Positions 54,863 through 63,674 of a DNA stretch of 63,674 bases are shown in pieces. Position numbers and translations under genes: made by a program. This DNA comes from an uncultured Candidatus Saccharibacteria bacterium. Its GTDB lineage: Bacteria; Patescibacteriota; Saccharimonadia; Saccharimonadales; CAZPPF01. The notes beneath the pieces were generated by a model. That model did no database searches, was not told the origin of the DNA, and was given only the letters and a program-made list of their open reading frames with translations. Numbering within the stretch: the first letter of the stretch is position 1; every line of letters starts with the position of its first letter. The DNA is taken from the NCBI GenBank assembly GCA_964588395.1, contig CAZPPF010000001.1, positions 6,656-70,329 on the forward strand. The letters run 5' to 3'.

Positions 54863-57425
54863 ACTCAGCTAGCCACTGTTTAATAGCTTCTTCATCACGT
54901 ATGCGCCAGGCCACGCGGGCCTCAATATCAGCCAGACCAATCCGGATGTTGCGCTCCAAAGTTTTATCTTTGAGTAAGGGCTTGAATAATGCCTGATATT
55001 TTTCTTGCCATTCGGGAGTGCTGACAATACTGGCCGCATAGGTAGGAAGATAGTCAAAAGATTTGCTGTCTTGCAACGTCTTGGCGAGCCATTTCCATTC
55101 CGTTACCATGAATTCCCACATGACACTTCGAACATGATGGTTGCGTAAGAACAGAGCTAACCAACGCATAAGATCTTGAGGCCGAACAAAGCCTTTGGGT
55201 CCGAGCGCCTCATGAATGACTCGTTGAGCTACTTTAGGATTTTTGGTACTGGCCAGAGCACCGGTAATATCGTGTTGAATTTCGGCACTGGCAGTTTGGT
55301 AAGCAACGATGAGCTGATCAATAACTTTGCTTTGGCCATGTCTGACTGCAGCGGCAAGTATAGTATTGCGAATCTCGGCAGGAATGTCGTCAAACTTTTT
55401 GTTTGATTGGTATAGCTCAAGGGCCTGCTCAATAGCTTTTTTGTCTTCGCTTGCAATCATCAAAGCGATCATCGTGTGGCGAAGTTGTTCGGTATTAGGT
55501 TCATCATCTGGAGCATTGTCCCAACCAAGTTTTTTATACCAGTGTTGAGCAAGATTTGCGCGAAGAATCTTGAGGTTTTCTTCACTTGTTTTATGGCCTT
55601 CGGTTAATTGAGAGGCACCTGATAGTACTCTGAGCAATAAGCCCCAGACGGCATCGCGTGGTTCATAATCCATTTTCTGGATCATGTCGAGCGATTCTGT
55701 CAGCGAGCTATCGCCGTGTCGCGCCAACATATACATGTCGTTTAGCAAGTTAATACGTGCTTCAGTTGCAATACTGGCTTTCTCCAGGCACTTAGCAATG
55801 TAATCTCGATGCTTTGGTTCGCTGTAGTGTGTTAAATATTGGCCACTGGCGAGTTGATTGATAAGTACGTACTGATCCGAACCGAGTTTTATCTCTTGTG
55901 TTTTGGTCGAAAAAATCTCTGGCTTTGTGGTCTGATCGGCCAGCAGTGGCACGGGCCACAGCGTGTTGTCCGCTGGTCCATCGAGCAAGAAACGTTCTTG
56001 TGTAAGCGTTAAATCTGAAGCTTTTTGTGTAACATGCACCACCGGCATACCGGATTGCGTAAGCCACGGTGTCATAAACGCACCAATATCTTTCCCGCTG
56101 GCTTGGCTGAGGGCTTTCCACAAGTCATCGCGAGTCGCGTTACTATAGGCATGCTCAGTAAAGTAGGCTTTGAGACCAGCTAAAAATGTTTCTTCACCAA
56201 TGTATTCGCGGAGCATTTTGAGCAAACGTGCACCTTTGGCATAGACAATCGCTGGATCAAATAGGGTAGGAATAAGATCCGGATCAGTTACCTCCACCGC
56301 AACTGACTGGATGTCTCTGTAGCTATCGCGCGAGGTAATGAGTGCAATGTCTGATTGCGCGTAGAGCTCCCATTGTTGCCAGTCTGGGTGCAGTACAGCC
56401 GGAGCAACATGCTCCATCAGCCCGGCAAAACTCTCATTAAGCCACAGATCGTCCCACCACTTCATTGTTACGAGATTGCCAAACCATTGGTGAGAGAGTT
56501 CATGTGATATTACAAGGCTAATAAATTGCTCGCTGGAAATTGATCGGTTTTTTGGATCCACCAAAAGAGCCATTTCCCTGTAGGTAACCAATCCCCAATT
56601 CTCCATAGCAGCAGAATCAAAGTCCGGTAAAGCCATTTGATCTAGTTTCTTAAGCGGATAGGGCACGCCAAAATAATCTGCAAAGAAGTCGAGTACAGCC
56701 GCCGCTTCTTTAGCAGAGTACTCAAGATGGCTCTTCGGTTGGGCTACACTTGACCAACTGCGTACTTCAATGCCACTTTTGGTTTTCGTGTCGTATGAAT
56801 GCAATTCACCACTGACAAAGGCTAGTAAATAGGTCGACATACGAGGAGTTGTTTCAAAAGTGTGAGTAACAAACGTATCGCTTAATGTTTTTTGTTCTTT
56901 TTGGGGCGTATTGGAGAGTACGGTATGGTGCTTGGGTGCAACTACGCTTAAATCAAATGTTGCCTTGGCTTCTGGCTCATCAATGCAGGGAAATGCTTCA
57001 CGGGCATGATGGCTTTCAAACTGCGTGGCCATTATGACCTTTTCGTTCCCTTCGTCAGTAAAGCGAGAAGCATACATTCCGCTCATCGAAGGGGTGATCT
57101 TGCCTTCAAATTCGAGGCTGATGGTGTACATGCCTGCGTACAGTTGCTCATCAGTATGAAGGCGAACTTCATACATTGAGTTCTGGTTATTGATACGACT
57201 AACAATGATTTCTTGATCACTCTTTTTATCATGTCTTGTAACTGTGGTTTTAGTAACTTTGAGACCTTTTTGGTGCAGCGTAATACGCTGACTTGGACGT
57301 CCAGTTTTTTTGCCGTGAATGGTTACGCGGCCAGTAAAATTCAAACTTTCTGCATCTGGGTGCAGCAACAATTCATAATGATCTGGCTGAAATTGCTCAT
57401 ACAACCGTTTGGCTTTACTCTTCAT
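54834..57425 (-). CDS. pepN: Aminopeptidase N (M1 family)
   Basis: GAMEN-like AAMENWG and HELSHQWFGNLVTMKWWDDLWLNESFA (HExxH-x18-E). Confidence 0.93.
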   Translation of the reverse strand: MKSKAKRLYEQFQPDHYELLLHPDAESLNFTGRVTIHGKKTGRPSQRITLHQKGLKVTKTTVTRHDKKSDQEIIVSRINNQNSMYEVRLHTDEQLYAGMYTISLEFEGKITPSMSGMYASRFTDEGNEKVIMATQFESHHAREAFPCIDEPEAKATFDLSVVAPKHHTVLSNTPQKEQKTLSDTFVTHTFETTPRMSTYLLAFVSGELHSYDTKTKSGIEVRSWSSVAQPKSHLEYSAKEAAAVLDFFADYFGVPYPLKKLDQMALPDFDSAAMENWGLVTYREMALLVDPKNRSISSEQFISLVISHELSHQWFGNLVTMKWWDDLWLNESFAGLMEHVAPAVLHPDWQQWELYAQSDIALITSRDSYRDIQSVAVEVTDPDLIPTLFDPAIVYAKGARLLKMLREYIGEETFLAGLKAYFTEHAYSNATRDDLWKALSQASGKDIGAFMTPWLTQSGMPVVHVTQKASDLTLTQERFLLDGPADNTLWPVPLLADQTTKPEIFSTKTQEIKLGSDQYVLINQLASGQYLTHYSEPKHRDYIAKCLEKASIATEARINLLNDMYMLARHGDSSLTESLDMIQKMDYEPRDAVWGLLLRVLSGASQLTEGHKTSEENLKILRANLAQHWYKKLGWDNAPDDEPNTEQLRHTMIALMIASEDKKAIEQALELYQSNKKFDDIPAEIRNTILAAAVRHGQSKVIDQLIVAYQTASAEIQHDITGALASTKNPKVAQRVIHEALGPKGFVRPQDLMRWLALFLRNHHVRSVMWEFMVTEWKWLAKTLQDSKSFDYLPTYAASIVSTPEWQEKYQALFKPLLKDKTLERNIRIGLADIEARVAWRIRDEEAIKQWLAEFTKAQAKNL

Positions 57426-57454
57426 CGTGATTATTTTAGCACGCAGGTTGTAAG

Positions 57455-58117
57455 TTATTGCTCAGCCAACTGGTGAGCTGTATTGAATGCGAGTTGTATC
57501 TCCGCTCGCAGTACTTCCAGGCCCTCTTGTTTTGCGCGTCGTAATTCACGGGCTTCATCGGCCTCAATTACATCACCGAAAACTACATGAACCCCGTGGT
57601 AGTTAAGAGGCTTTGTACCTGCAATGCCCATTGGAACAACCGGCCTTTCTGCTGTAGACGCTATCATAAGCGCTCCACCAAACAGTTGACCAATTTCTAA
57701 CCCTTCTTGCCGCGTACCCTCACCAAATACCACAACATTTTCTCCGTCCTTAGCTGAATGCACAAAGGGCCTCATTTCATTCATTCTGGCATTTTCTTGT
57801 TGGCGGGTAATAGGAAAACCACCAACGGCGTCTATCCATTTTCCAAGAAGGGCAAACTTCCATAGTTCTCGTTTTGCCATAAAACGAGCTGGCTCATGCT
57901 TGGTTTTATAAATAGCTACTCCGGCGGCTGGTATATCTAATAGTGAACGGTGAGACGGTACGTATACTGCTGGTTCGTCAGGAACATTCTCGGTGCCATG
58001 TACGTGGACGCCGCCTGTTGTGGCTCTCAATAAGTACTGACTTATCTTATAAATATTCGGATGAGGAATATGTTCAAACCCAACCGATGTGTTGGCTGTT
58101 TCTTCAAGCTCTGACAT
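57455..58117 (-). CDS. plsC: 1-acyl-sn-glycerol-3-phosphate acyltransferase
   Basis: The HRSLLD (HX4D) and FGEGTR motifs. Confidence 0.85.
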   Translation of the reverse strand: MSELEETANTSVGFEHIPHPNIYKISQYLLRATTGGVHVHGTENVPDEPAVYVPSHRSLLDIPAAGVAIYKTKHEPARFMAKRELWKFALLGKWIDAVGGFPITRQQENARMNEMRPFVHSAKDGENVVVFGEGTRQEGLEIGQLFGGALMIASTAERPVVPMGIAGTKPLNYHGVHVVFGDVIEADEARELRRAKQEGLEVLRAEIQLAFNTAHQLAEQ

Positions 58118-58153
58118 AACAAAGTAATACCAGCTTCCTATACTTTAGGCAAG

Positions 58154-58181
58154 TTGTATCTACTGGAAATGTCTGTATAAT
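58154..58181 (+). promoter_or_regulatory. Candidate promoter: TTGTAT, 16 nt, TATAAT
   Basis: TTGTAT at 58154-58159 and TATAAT at 58176-58181, preceded by TG. It lies in the divergent plsC/nusA region. Confidence 0.45.
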
Positions 58182-58192
58182 TAATACCGACG

Positions 58193-58217
58193 TCCGGCCA
58201 AATAGGTCGGATTTTTT
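58193..58217 (+). terminator. Intrinsic-terminator-like hairpin plus T6 within the nusA leader (attenuator or tiny sRNA)
   Basis: TCCGGCC, loop AAATA, GGTCGGA: a 7-bp stem with one G-U pair. TTTTTT follows at 58212-58217. It lies ~12 nt downstream of the TATAAT and 28 nt upstream of the nusA ATG. Confidence 0.5.
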
Positions 58218-58245
58218 CATTCAAAGATTAAGCAAAGGAGAAATT

Positions 58246-59406
58246 ATGGAACTTGATATGAAAGGTTTGGCCGTAGCTGTACGAGCTATTGCTGAAGAAA
58301 AAAACTTACCAGAAGAAACGGTTCAAGAAATTGTAGAGCAAGCATTGGCAGCCGCGTATCGTCGTGACTATGGTGATCGTGAACAAGAAGTTCGAGTAAC
58401 TATGAATTTGAATAACGGTAATGTGGATGCGTACGTAACCAAAGAGATTGTTGATACTGTGGAAGATCCTAATTACGAAATTAGTGTTGGCGATGCTCAG
58501 GTCATTCGTAAGAATGCCAAAGCCGGCGAGACAGTAGAGATTCACGAAAAGGTTGAAGATTTTGGCCGTGTGGCAGCACAAACTGCCAAGCAAGTAATTT
58601 TGCAGCGTCTCCGTGAGGCAGAACGCGAAATTATCATGAGCGAGTACGAAGATAAGATTGGTACCGTCATAAACGGTATTGTGGCTCGTGTCGAAGGCAA
58701 TATTGTGCGCGTGGATCTTGGTAAAGCCCAAGGAATTATGCCAAAGAGCGAGCAGATTCAGAATGAACGCTACTATCCCGGTCAACGCCTCAAGGTTTTC
58801 TTGAAGGATGTAGAACGTGGATTCCGTGGCCCTCAGTTAGTCGTGAGCCGTGGCAATAAGGAGTTTATCGAGTGGTTATTTAAGGCCGAAGTTCCTGAAA
58901 TGGAAAATGGCGCTGTAGAAATTAAGGGTATTGCCCGCGAGGCAGGTGTACGTAGCAAAATTGCGGTAAACAGCACTGTCCCTGGCGTAGATCCGGTAGG
59001 TACCTTTGTCGGTGGTCATGGGACAAGAGTTAATGCCGTCGTTAGTGAAATTGGCGAACAAGAAAAAATAGATATCGTGGTTTGGGCCGATGACACCAAG
59101 ACTTACATTACGCAGGCTCTGAGCCCAACACAGGTAACCAAAGTTACTATAGATGAAAACGCCAAGAAAGCGACAGTTGTAGTACCCGAAGACCAACTAA
59201 GTATTGCCATTGGCAAAAGTGGCCAAAATGTTCGCTTGGCTAGCAAACTAACTGGTTATGACATAGACATTGTGTCTGAAACCGAGAAGCCAGCTGAACC
59301 AGAAACAAAACCAGAAGTAAAGGCAGCACCAAAGCTCAAGAAAAAAGAGCAACTGGAAAGCTCCTTACTAGAGGCAATTGAAGAACACGGTACAGAAGAA
59401 AAATAG
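58246..59406 (+). CDS. nusA: Transcription termination/antitermination factor NusA
   Basis: N-terminal domain, S1 domain ([21 protein letters not shown]) and two KH domains (GVRSKIAV.., [16 protein letters not shown]). Confidence 0.95.
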   Translation: MELDMKGLAVAVRAIAEEKNLPEETVQEIVEQALAAAYRRDYGDREQEVRVTMNLNNGNVDAYVTKEIVDTVEDPNYEISVGDAQVIRKNAKAGETVEIHEKVEDFGRVAAQTAKQVILQRLREAEREIIMSEYEDKIGTVINGIVARVEGNIVRVDLGKAQGIMPKSEQIQNERYYPGQRLKVFLKDVERGFRGPQLVVSRGNKEFIEWLFKAEVPEMENGAVEIKGIAREAGVRSKIAVNSTVPGVDPVGTFVGGHGTRVNAVVSEIGEQEKIDIVVWADDTKTYITQALSPTQVTKVTIDENAKKATVVVPEDQLSIAIGKSGQNVRLASKLTGYDIDIVSETEKPAEPETKPEVKAAPKLKKKEQLESSLLEAIEEHGTEEK

Positions 59407-59424
59407 ACGAACCTAACAAGAGAC

Positions 59425-59451
59425 TTGGCACTCTTGACGTGAGAGTGCCAA
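59425..59451. promoter_or_regulatory. CIRCE-like inverted repeat (HrcA operator) overlapping a candidate clpC promoter
   Basis: TTGGCACTC-N9-GAGTGCCAA compared with the CIRCE consensus TTAGCACTC-N9-GAGTGCTAA. The two substitutions are symmetric. TTGACG (59434-59439) and TATCAT (59456-59461) overlap it. Confidence 0.65.
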
Positions 59452-59498
59452 GTGCTATCATAGTAGTGTGATACATATCTCACAGACAGCAAAGAAAG

Positions 59499-61994
59499 GT
59501 GGGTTACACTAAAGCTATGATGCCTCAATCGCCAGATTTTCAAGACTTTGTTAATCATCTAACTGATAATGCACAGGCCAGTTTACGGCATGCTGATGCT
59601 ATTGCTCGTGGTTTTGGAAGTGCCTATATCGGCACCGAGCACTTGTTACTGGGTGTTTTGGCTCAAGACACCAGCATGGGCGCAAAAATCCTGGAAGGCC
59701 AAGGTGTTACGCTTGATCGAGCACGCTTAGCTTTGAACTTGACACCAAAGACATTGGTTATAAATATGGGTGCCAAGGGTTTGAGCGAAACAGCTAAGCT
59801 AACACTCAAGATGGCTTATGATGTGGCACAAGACTTTAATCAAGAATTTTGTGGCACCGAGCATATTCTCTACAGTATTTTGACGCAAAAGAATGCCCGA
59901 GCAACAGAGCTTCTAAAGAATATGAACATTGAAATCGATAGCCTTATTAATGAACTCGAACAGTTCTTGAACCGACAACAGTATGAAGATAGCAGTGGTA
60001 ACAACGCCACATCCAGGCGCACAAAAAAGCAGCGTAAAACCGCAATTGATTTCTTTGGAACTGACCTAACCGCTGAAGCACGTGCTGGTAAATTAGACCC
60101 AGTGGTTGGCCGTGAGCCTCAAATTCGCCGCGTTATTACTATTCTTAATCGGCGCACCAAAAACAATCCTGTACTGATTGGTGAGCCAGGTGTTGGCAAA
60201 ACAGCTATTGTAGAGGGTCTAGCCCAGCGGATTATTGCCGAAGATGTTCCAGACGGTTTGCTCGACAAACGAATAGTTATGCTTGACCTGGCAGGTATGA
60301 TTGCTGGTACCAAGTACCGTGGTGAGTTTGAAGAGCGGCTCAAGAAAGTTATGGGTGAGCTCGAGAATGACAACAAGACAATTGTATTTATTGATGAGCT
60401 GCACCTCATTGTCGGTGCAGGTGCTGCTGAGGGTGCCATGGATGCCGGCAATATTTTGAAGCCCGCCTTAGCACGGGGTAAGATCCGAGTAATCGGTGCC
60501 ACGACGACGGTAGAATATACCAAGCACATTGAGAAAGATGCCGCTCTAGAACGCCGTTTCCAACCTATTCAAGTACCTGAAACCACTGTCCCAGAAACCT
60601 TGGCTATTTTGAAGGGTCTGCGCAAGCACTATGAAGCATTTCACGGTGTAAAGGTAAGTGATGATGTTTTGGACGACACGGTGACCCTTGCTAAGCGCTA
60701 TGTAAACGATCGGTTTATGCCCGACAAAGCCATTGATTTGCTTGATGAAACTGCCGCTCATCTGCGAGTAGATAAAGGCAAAACGCCTCCTGAAGTTCGT
60801 AAACTGCAAAAGGAACTCAAGCTAGTTAACACGCGAAAAGATGAGGCCAGCGATGCCGAGGATTACGCAAAAGCCGCTCAGTATAAGCAGCGTGCTTCCC
60901 AGATACATGAAGAACTCAAAAAATTGGAAGCGTCTGGCAAGACTATGAACAAACTGGTTATGACGAGTGAAGATGTGGCTGATGTAGTGGCGCGGATGAC
61001 CGGTGTGCCGGTAACAAAAGTCATTCGTTCTGAAGCCAAATACTTGCGTAATTTAGAGAAAACAATTGGAAAGTATGTCATAGGCCAAGAAGAAGCTGTG
61101 ACTGCGGTATCCAAAGCAATTCGTCGTAACCGTATGGGTATAAGTAGTGGAAGCCGCCCAATCGGCTCGTTTATTTTCCTTGGTCCAACAGGTGTAGGCA
61201 AGACAGAGCTCGCCAGAGTATTGGCTCGTGAATTCTTTGGCAGTGCTGATGCGCTTGTCAAAATAGATATGAGTGAGTTTGGTGAGCATCACACAGTTGC
61301 TCGCTTAGTTGGTGCACCAGCTGGTTACGTAGGTTATGACGACGGTGGTCAATTGACCGACAAAATCCGTCGCCAGCCATATAGCTTGGTATTGTTTGAT
61401 GAAATTGAAAAAGCTCACCCAGAAGTCTTCAACATGCTTTTGCAAATCCTAGAAGATGGAGTTCTGACAGATGCTAAGGGTCGCAAGATTGACTTTACAA
61501 ACACAATTGTCATTATGACCAGCAACATCGGTGCGCAGAAACTGCAAAAAGAAGCCAGCCTTGGTTTCCACGCCACTAACAGTAGTGATATGAAAGACCT
61601 CGATGCCTTGCATGCCAGCAATAAGAGCAAGGTACAAGATGAGTTGAAAAAGATGATGCGCCCGGAACTTTTAAACCGTATTGATAAAATCATTGTCTTT
61701 AGGGCACTTACCCAAAAGGATGCTCTTAAGATTTTAGACTTGCAGATTGATGAGCTCAGAGGACGGCTAGTTAAACACGGCCTGGGTCTGGAAGTTACGA
61801 CTGCCGCCAAGCAACATCTGCTTGAAGAAGGCTATGATTCGCATAATGGAGTTCGACCACTTCGGCGTCTGCTGCAAGACACCATCGAGGACCATATTGC
61901 ACTAGCTATGCTCGATAGCGAATATGCCAAGGGTGATATTGTGAAGGTAGCAACCAGAGATGCAGGCCTCACGTACAGTTCTGTACGTGAGTAA
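59499..61994 (+). CDS. clpC: ATP-dependent Clp protease ATP-binding subunit ClpC
   Basis: Two Clp_N repeats, two AAA+ modules ([18 protein letters not shown]) and a UVR-like linker. The start is uncertain (GTG 59499 or ATG 59517/59520). Confidence 0.93.
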   Translation: MGYTKAMMPQSPDFQDFVNHLTDNAQASLRHADAIARGFGSAYIGTEHLLLGVLAQDTSMGAKILEGQGVTLDRARLALNLTPKTLVINMGAKGLSETAKLTLKMAYDVAQDFNQEFCGTEHILYSILTQKNARATELLKNMNIEIDSLINELEQFLNRQQYEDSSGNNATSRRTKKQRKTAIDFFGTDLTAEARAGKLDPVVGREPQIRRVITILNRRTKNNPVLIGEPGVGKTAIVEGLAQRIIAEDVPDGLLDKRIVMLDLAGMIAGTKYRGEFEERLKKVMGELENDNKTIVFIDELHLIVGAGAAEGAMDAGNILKPALARGKIRVIGATTTVEYTKHIEKDAALERRFQPIQVPETTVPETLAILKGLRKHYEAFHGVKVSDDVLDDTVTLAKRYVNDRFMPDKAIDLLDETAAHLRVDKGKTPPEVRKLQKELKLVNTRKDEASDAEDYAKAAQYKQRASQIHEELKKLEASGKTMNKLVMTSEDVADVVARMTGVPVTKVIRSEAKYLRNLEKTIGKYVIGQEEAVTAVSKAIRRNRMGISSGSRPIGSFIFLGPTGVGKTELARVLAREFFGSADALVKIDMSEFGEHHTVARLVGAPAGYVGYDDGGQLTDKIRRQPYSLVLFDEIEKAHPEVFNMLLQILEDGVLTDAKGRKIDFTNTIVIMTSNIGAQKLQKEASLGFHATNSSDMKDLDALHASNKSKVQDELKKMMRPELLNRIDKIIVFRALTQKDALKILDLQIDELRGRLVKHGLGLEVTTAAKQHLLEEGYDSHNGVRPLRRLLQDTIEDHIALAMLDSEYAKGDIVKVATRDAGLTYSSVRE

Positions 61995-61999
61995 TCACT

Positions 62000-62008
62000 T
62001 GCTATAAT
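62000..62008 (+). promoter_or_regulatory. Extended -10 TGcTATAAT placed for a leaderless mRNA
   Basis: TATAAT ends at 62008 and the ATG begins at 62015, a 7-nt offset. Confidence 0.5.
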
Positions 62009-62014
62009 TTTAGT

Positions 62015-62995
62015 ATGTCAACCCAGCGTAAAAGCATCATTGGTCTTGTCATTTTATGGGCGTTGCTTGGCTGCCTATTCGTTGGTTGGTTGAAACGCCA
62101 GGATCTCTATGACTCGCTGCGGCTTCGAAACTACACGCCACCCGCCAATATAGTCCAGCTGGCCACTGACACCACCATGAATGCATCTGCACGGCACGAT
62201 TTCTATGTAAACCATCCGGCTCTAGAGAGTAGCTCGGTTTTTTCAAACAACTGTAGTAGTGAAGGAGGTGAGCAAACTATTGTACTTGGCTGCTACGTTC
62301 CGCCGCAGCGAGGCATTCATCTGTTTGACGTAACAGATGCGCGTTTGGCGGGAATTGAGCAAGTTACGGCTGCCCACGAGATGCTCCATGCGGCCTATGA
62401 TCGCTTAAGCCCGAGCGACAAGAAACAAGTCAACCAGTGGATTGCGGAGGCATATGCTGGGGTAACTGATCAGCGTATTCGTGAAACCATCGATGCTTAT
62501 CAAAAAGCAGGGGCTGATACCACCGACGAGTTGCATTCAATTCTGGGAACAGAAGTACGCAATTTACCACCTACGCTTGAAAATTATTATAAACGCTACT
62601 TTGATAACCGGTCCAAAATAGTTGATTACTCTGATCAATATGAGTCAGTCTTTACGAGTCGCAAGGCACAGGTTGATGCATTTGACACACAACTGGCTGG
62701 GCTTAAGAAGCAAATTGACCAAAATCAGGCGGACTTGACCCAGCAAAATAAAGATTTGAGCGATTCGCGAGCTCAGCTAGACCAGTTGTTGGCAGCTAAA
62801 AAGTATGCCGAATACAATGCTGGGGTATCAAACTACAACGCAAAAGTTCAGGCCTATAACTCCCTTGTAGCAACGACAAAGTCTCTAGTTTCGCAGTACA
62901 ACGACATTTTGGACCAGCGCAATGCCATTGCATTGGAGCAAAAGCAACTATTCCAATCTATCGATAGCCACTCGGTCCCACAGACGGTGCAATAA
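62015..62995 (+). CDS. Membrane-anchored hypothetical protein with an HExxH motif and a C-terminal coiled-coil
   Basis: N-terminal TM helix, TAAHEMLHAAYD, and a Gln/Asp/Lys-rich heptad-like C-terminal ~130 aa. Confidence 0.5.
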   Translation: MSTQRKSIIGLVILWALLGCLFVGWLKRQDLYDSLRLRNYTPPANIVQLATDTTMNASARHDFYVNHPALESSSVFSNNCSSEGGEQTIVLGCYVPPQRGIHLFDVTDARLAGIEQVTAAHEMLHAAYDRLSPSDKKQVNQWIAEAYAGVTDQRIRETIDAYQKAGADTTDELHSILGTEVRNLPPTLENYYKRYFDNRSKIVDYSDQYESVFTSRKAQVDAFDTQLAGLKKQIDQNQADLTQQNKDLSDSRAQLDQLLAAKKYAEYNAGVSNYNAKVQAYNSLVATTKSLVSQYNDILDQRNAIALEQKQLFQSIDSHSVPQTVQ

Positions 62996-63070
62996 TAAAA
63001 ATACCCGATGGAGATGGAGGAGCGCAAGGAAGGCGCATCAACTCAACATCCCCACCGGGCTTACGTACGT

Positions 63071-63511
63071 CTAGACCGGAGAGGCGCAGGTAGTCAATGG
63101 ATTGTCGCTCCCGACTTCGTTCGGCTTGACCGACGGAGACGCAGTGATATCTCCACTACCACGGACAAGCGTGTACTTGCTTCCCAGCTTATGGAGCTCG
63201 TAGTCCCATGTGCAGCCTTTGTAGGGCAGCACCACGTGCTTTGTTCCATAGTTATCGGTGTAAACCGATTTTGCGGGATAACCGTCATGCTTCAGCTGTC
63301 TGGTAATAGCTGCATTTTGTGAGGCTGCGACTGCATCCTGATGGTTGTCATAAATGAGGTATGAACCAAGCGCGATCAGACCGCATACAATGGTTACCAA
63401 TAGAGCCCCGCCAGCCTCGTCCATTCCTGCTGCAAATGCACAGAAGGAGATAACGGCAACAATGGCGAAGAGAATTCCTATGATTGCAATAACGACCATC
63501 ATATTTATCAC
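63071..63511 (-). CDS. Hypothetical membrane protein
   Basis: Two N-terminal TM helices followed by a ~90-aa domain. I preferred it over the overlapping plus-strand ORF 63008-63322, which is Arg-rich and not protein-like. The start may be ATG 63502. Confidence 0.45.
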   Translation of the reverse strand: MINMMVVIAIIGILFAIVAVISFCAFAAGMDEAGGALLVTIVCGLIALGSYLIYDNHQDAVAASQNAAITRQLKHDGYPAKSVYTDNYGTKHVVLPYKGCTWDYELHKLGSKYTLVRGSGDITASPSVKPNEVGSDNPLTTCASPV

Positions 63512-63620
63512 TTCCCTGTGGAGATGTACGGGTACGCTTTAACACTGGAGTGTAAAAGATGCTTTATTCTAAAATAAATACGCCAATTAATCAATAAACT
63601 GCTGATGATATAATCGATGT

Positions 63621-63674
63621 TATGGCAAAGAAGGTGAGTCCGAGGTTTGTATGTAGTAATTGTGGAGCGGTCAG
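63621..63674 (+). CDS. radA: DNA repair protein RadA, N-terminal fragment (continues beyond the window)
   Basis: MAKKVSPRFVCSNCGAV.. is the typical RadA/Sms zinc-finger N-terminus. A TATAAT box (63608-63613) lies 8 nt upstream. Confidence 0.7.

Noticed and set aside
60119-60529. 136-aa minus-strand ORF (and similar ones at 60878-61261 and 61415-61810) inside clpC.
   Set aside because: They are antisense shadows of a highly conserved AAA+ gene.
63008-63322. 104-aa plus-strand ORF overlapping the 63071-63511 minus-strand gene.
   Set aside because: It is Arg-rich with no plausible fold pattern. The minus-strand product has clean TM helices and a better start context.
1-63674. CRISPR arrays, tRNA/rRNA genes, prophage, transposase/integrase genes and toxin-antitoxin pairs.
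   Set aside because: I saw no direct-repeat/spacer periodicity, no cloverleaf-compatible GTTCGAATC-type T-arms in the few intergenic gaps, and no recombinase or phage structural motifs in any ORF.
1-63674. Alternative genetic code (UGA recoding), as seen in some CPR lineages.
   Set aside because: TGA terminates several well-conserved genes at the expected length and forms ATGA/GTGA coupling junctions (pheS, the NDT-like gene, gatA, tkt). No conserved gene is interrupted by an in-frame TGA.

Overview
This is a dense chromosomal window that is almost entirely coding. It uses the standard genetic code, since TGA acts as a stop in ATGA/GTGA gene junctions. I saw no rRNA, tRNA, CRISPR array, transposase or integrase. 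The gene content is that of a reduced-genome, Gram-positive-type bacterium. By inference only, it is most consistent with a Candidatus Saccharibacteria / CPR-like organism.

Housekeeping genes:
- Translation and RNA: pheS/pheT, gatCAB, nusA, rplS and a TrmH-like methyltransferase.
- DNA replication and repair: uvrB, dnaE, rnhB, a yraN-like gene, partial radA and a partial AAG-type glycosylase gene.
- Other: clpC, pepN, plsC, galU, trxB, ppa, malic enzyme and a lone pilB-type ATPase.
- A compact central-carbon block runs gap-rpiB-rpe-split tkt-fba-pfkB.

Observations worth a second look:
1. A ~9 kb co-directional cell-surface locus (3467-12318) has a composition like the csc/WxL loci of Lactobacillales. 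It encodes two secreted WxL-like proteins with a shared C-terminal motif, three DUF916/DUF3324-like membrane-anchored proteins, an 899-aa Thr/Gly/Ser-rich protein and a small anchored protein.
2. Inside that locus, two adjacent paralogues share a perfectly identical 869-bp block. The block covers exactly the mature ectodomain, while the signal peptides and anchors differ.
3. A ~0.59 kb non-coding island (21229-21817) is conspicuously GC-rich and helix-rich and is bounded by imperfect inverted repeats. I could not assign it to RNase P, tmRNA or SRP. It is a candidate novel large structured RNA or a MITE-like insertion.
4. A 50-bp hairpin-containing element occurs twice in inverted orientation (44121-44170 and 50436-50485), each time just 5' of a gene.
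5. At least ten genes have a -10 box 7-12 nt upstream of the ATG with no Shine-Dalgarno sequence, which suggests leaderless mRNAs.
6. A CIRCE-like operator sits in front of clpC.
7. A promoter plus intrinsic terminator lies in the nusA leader.
8. A multi-helix spacer separates the glutaredoxin-like gene from trxB.
9. Small unrelated genes are wedged between the subunit genes of pheST, split transketolase and gatAB.

All coordinates and motifs were read by eye from the sequence. Family assignments come from recognised motifs, not from database searches.
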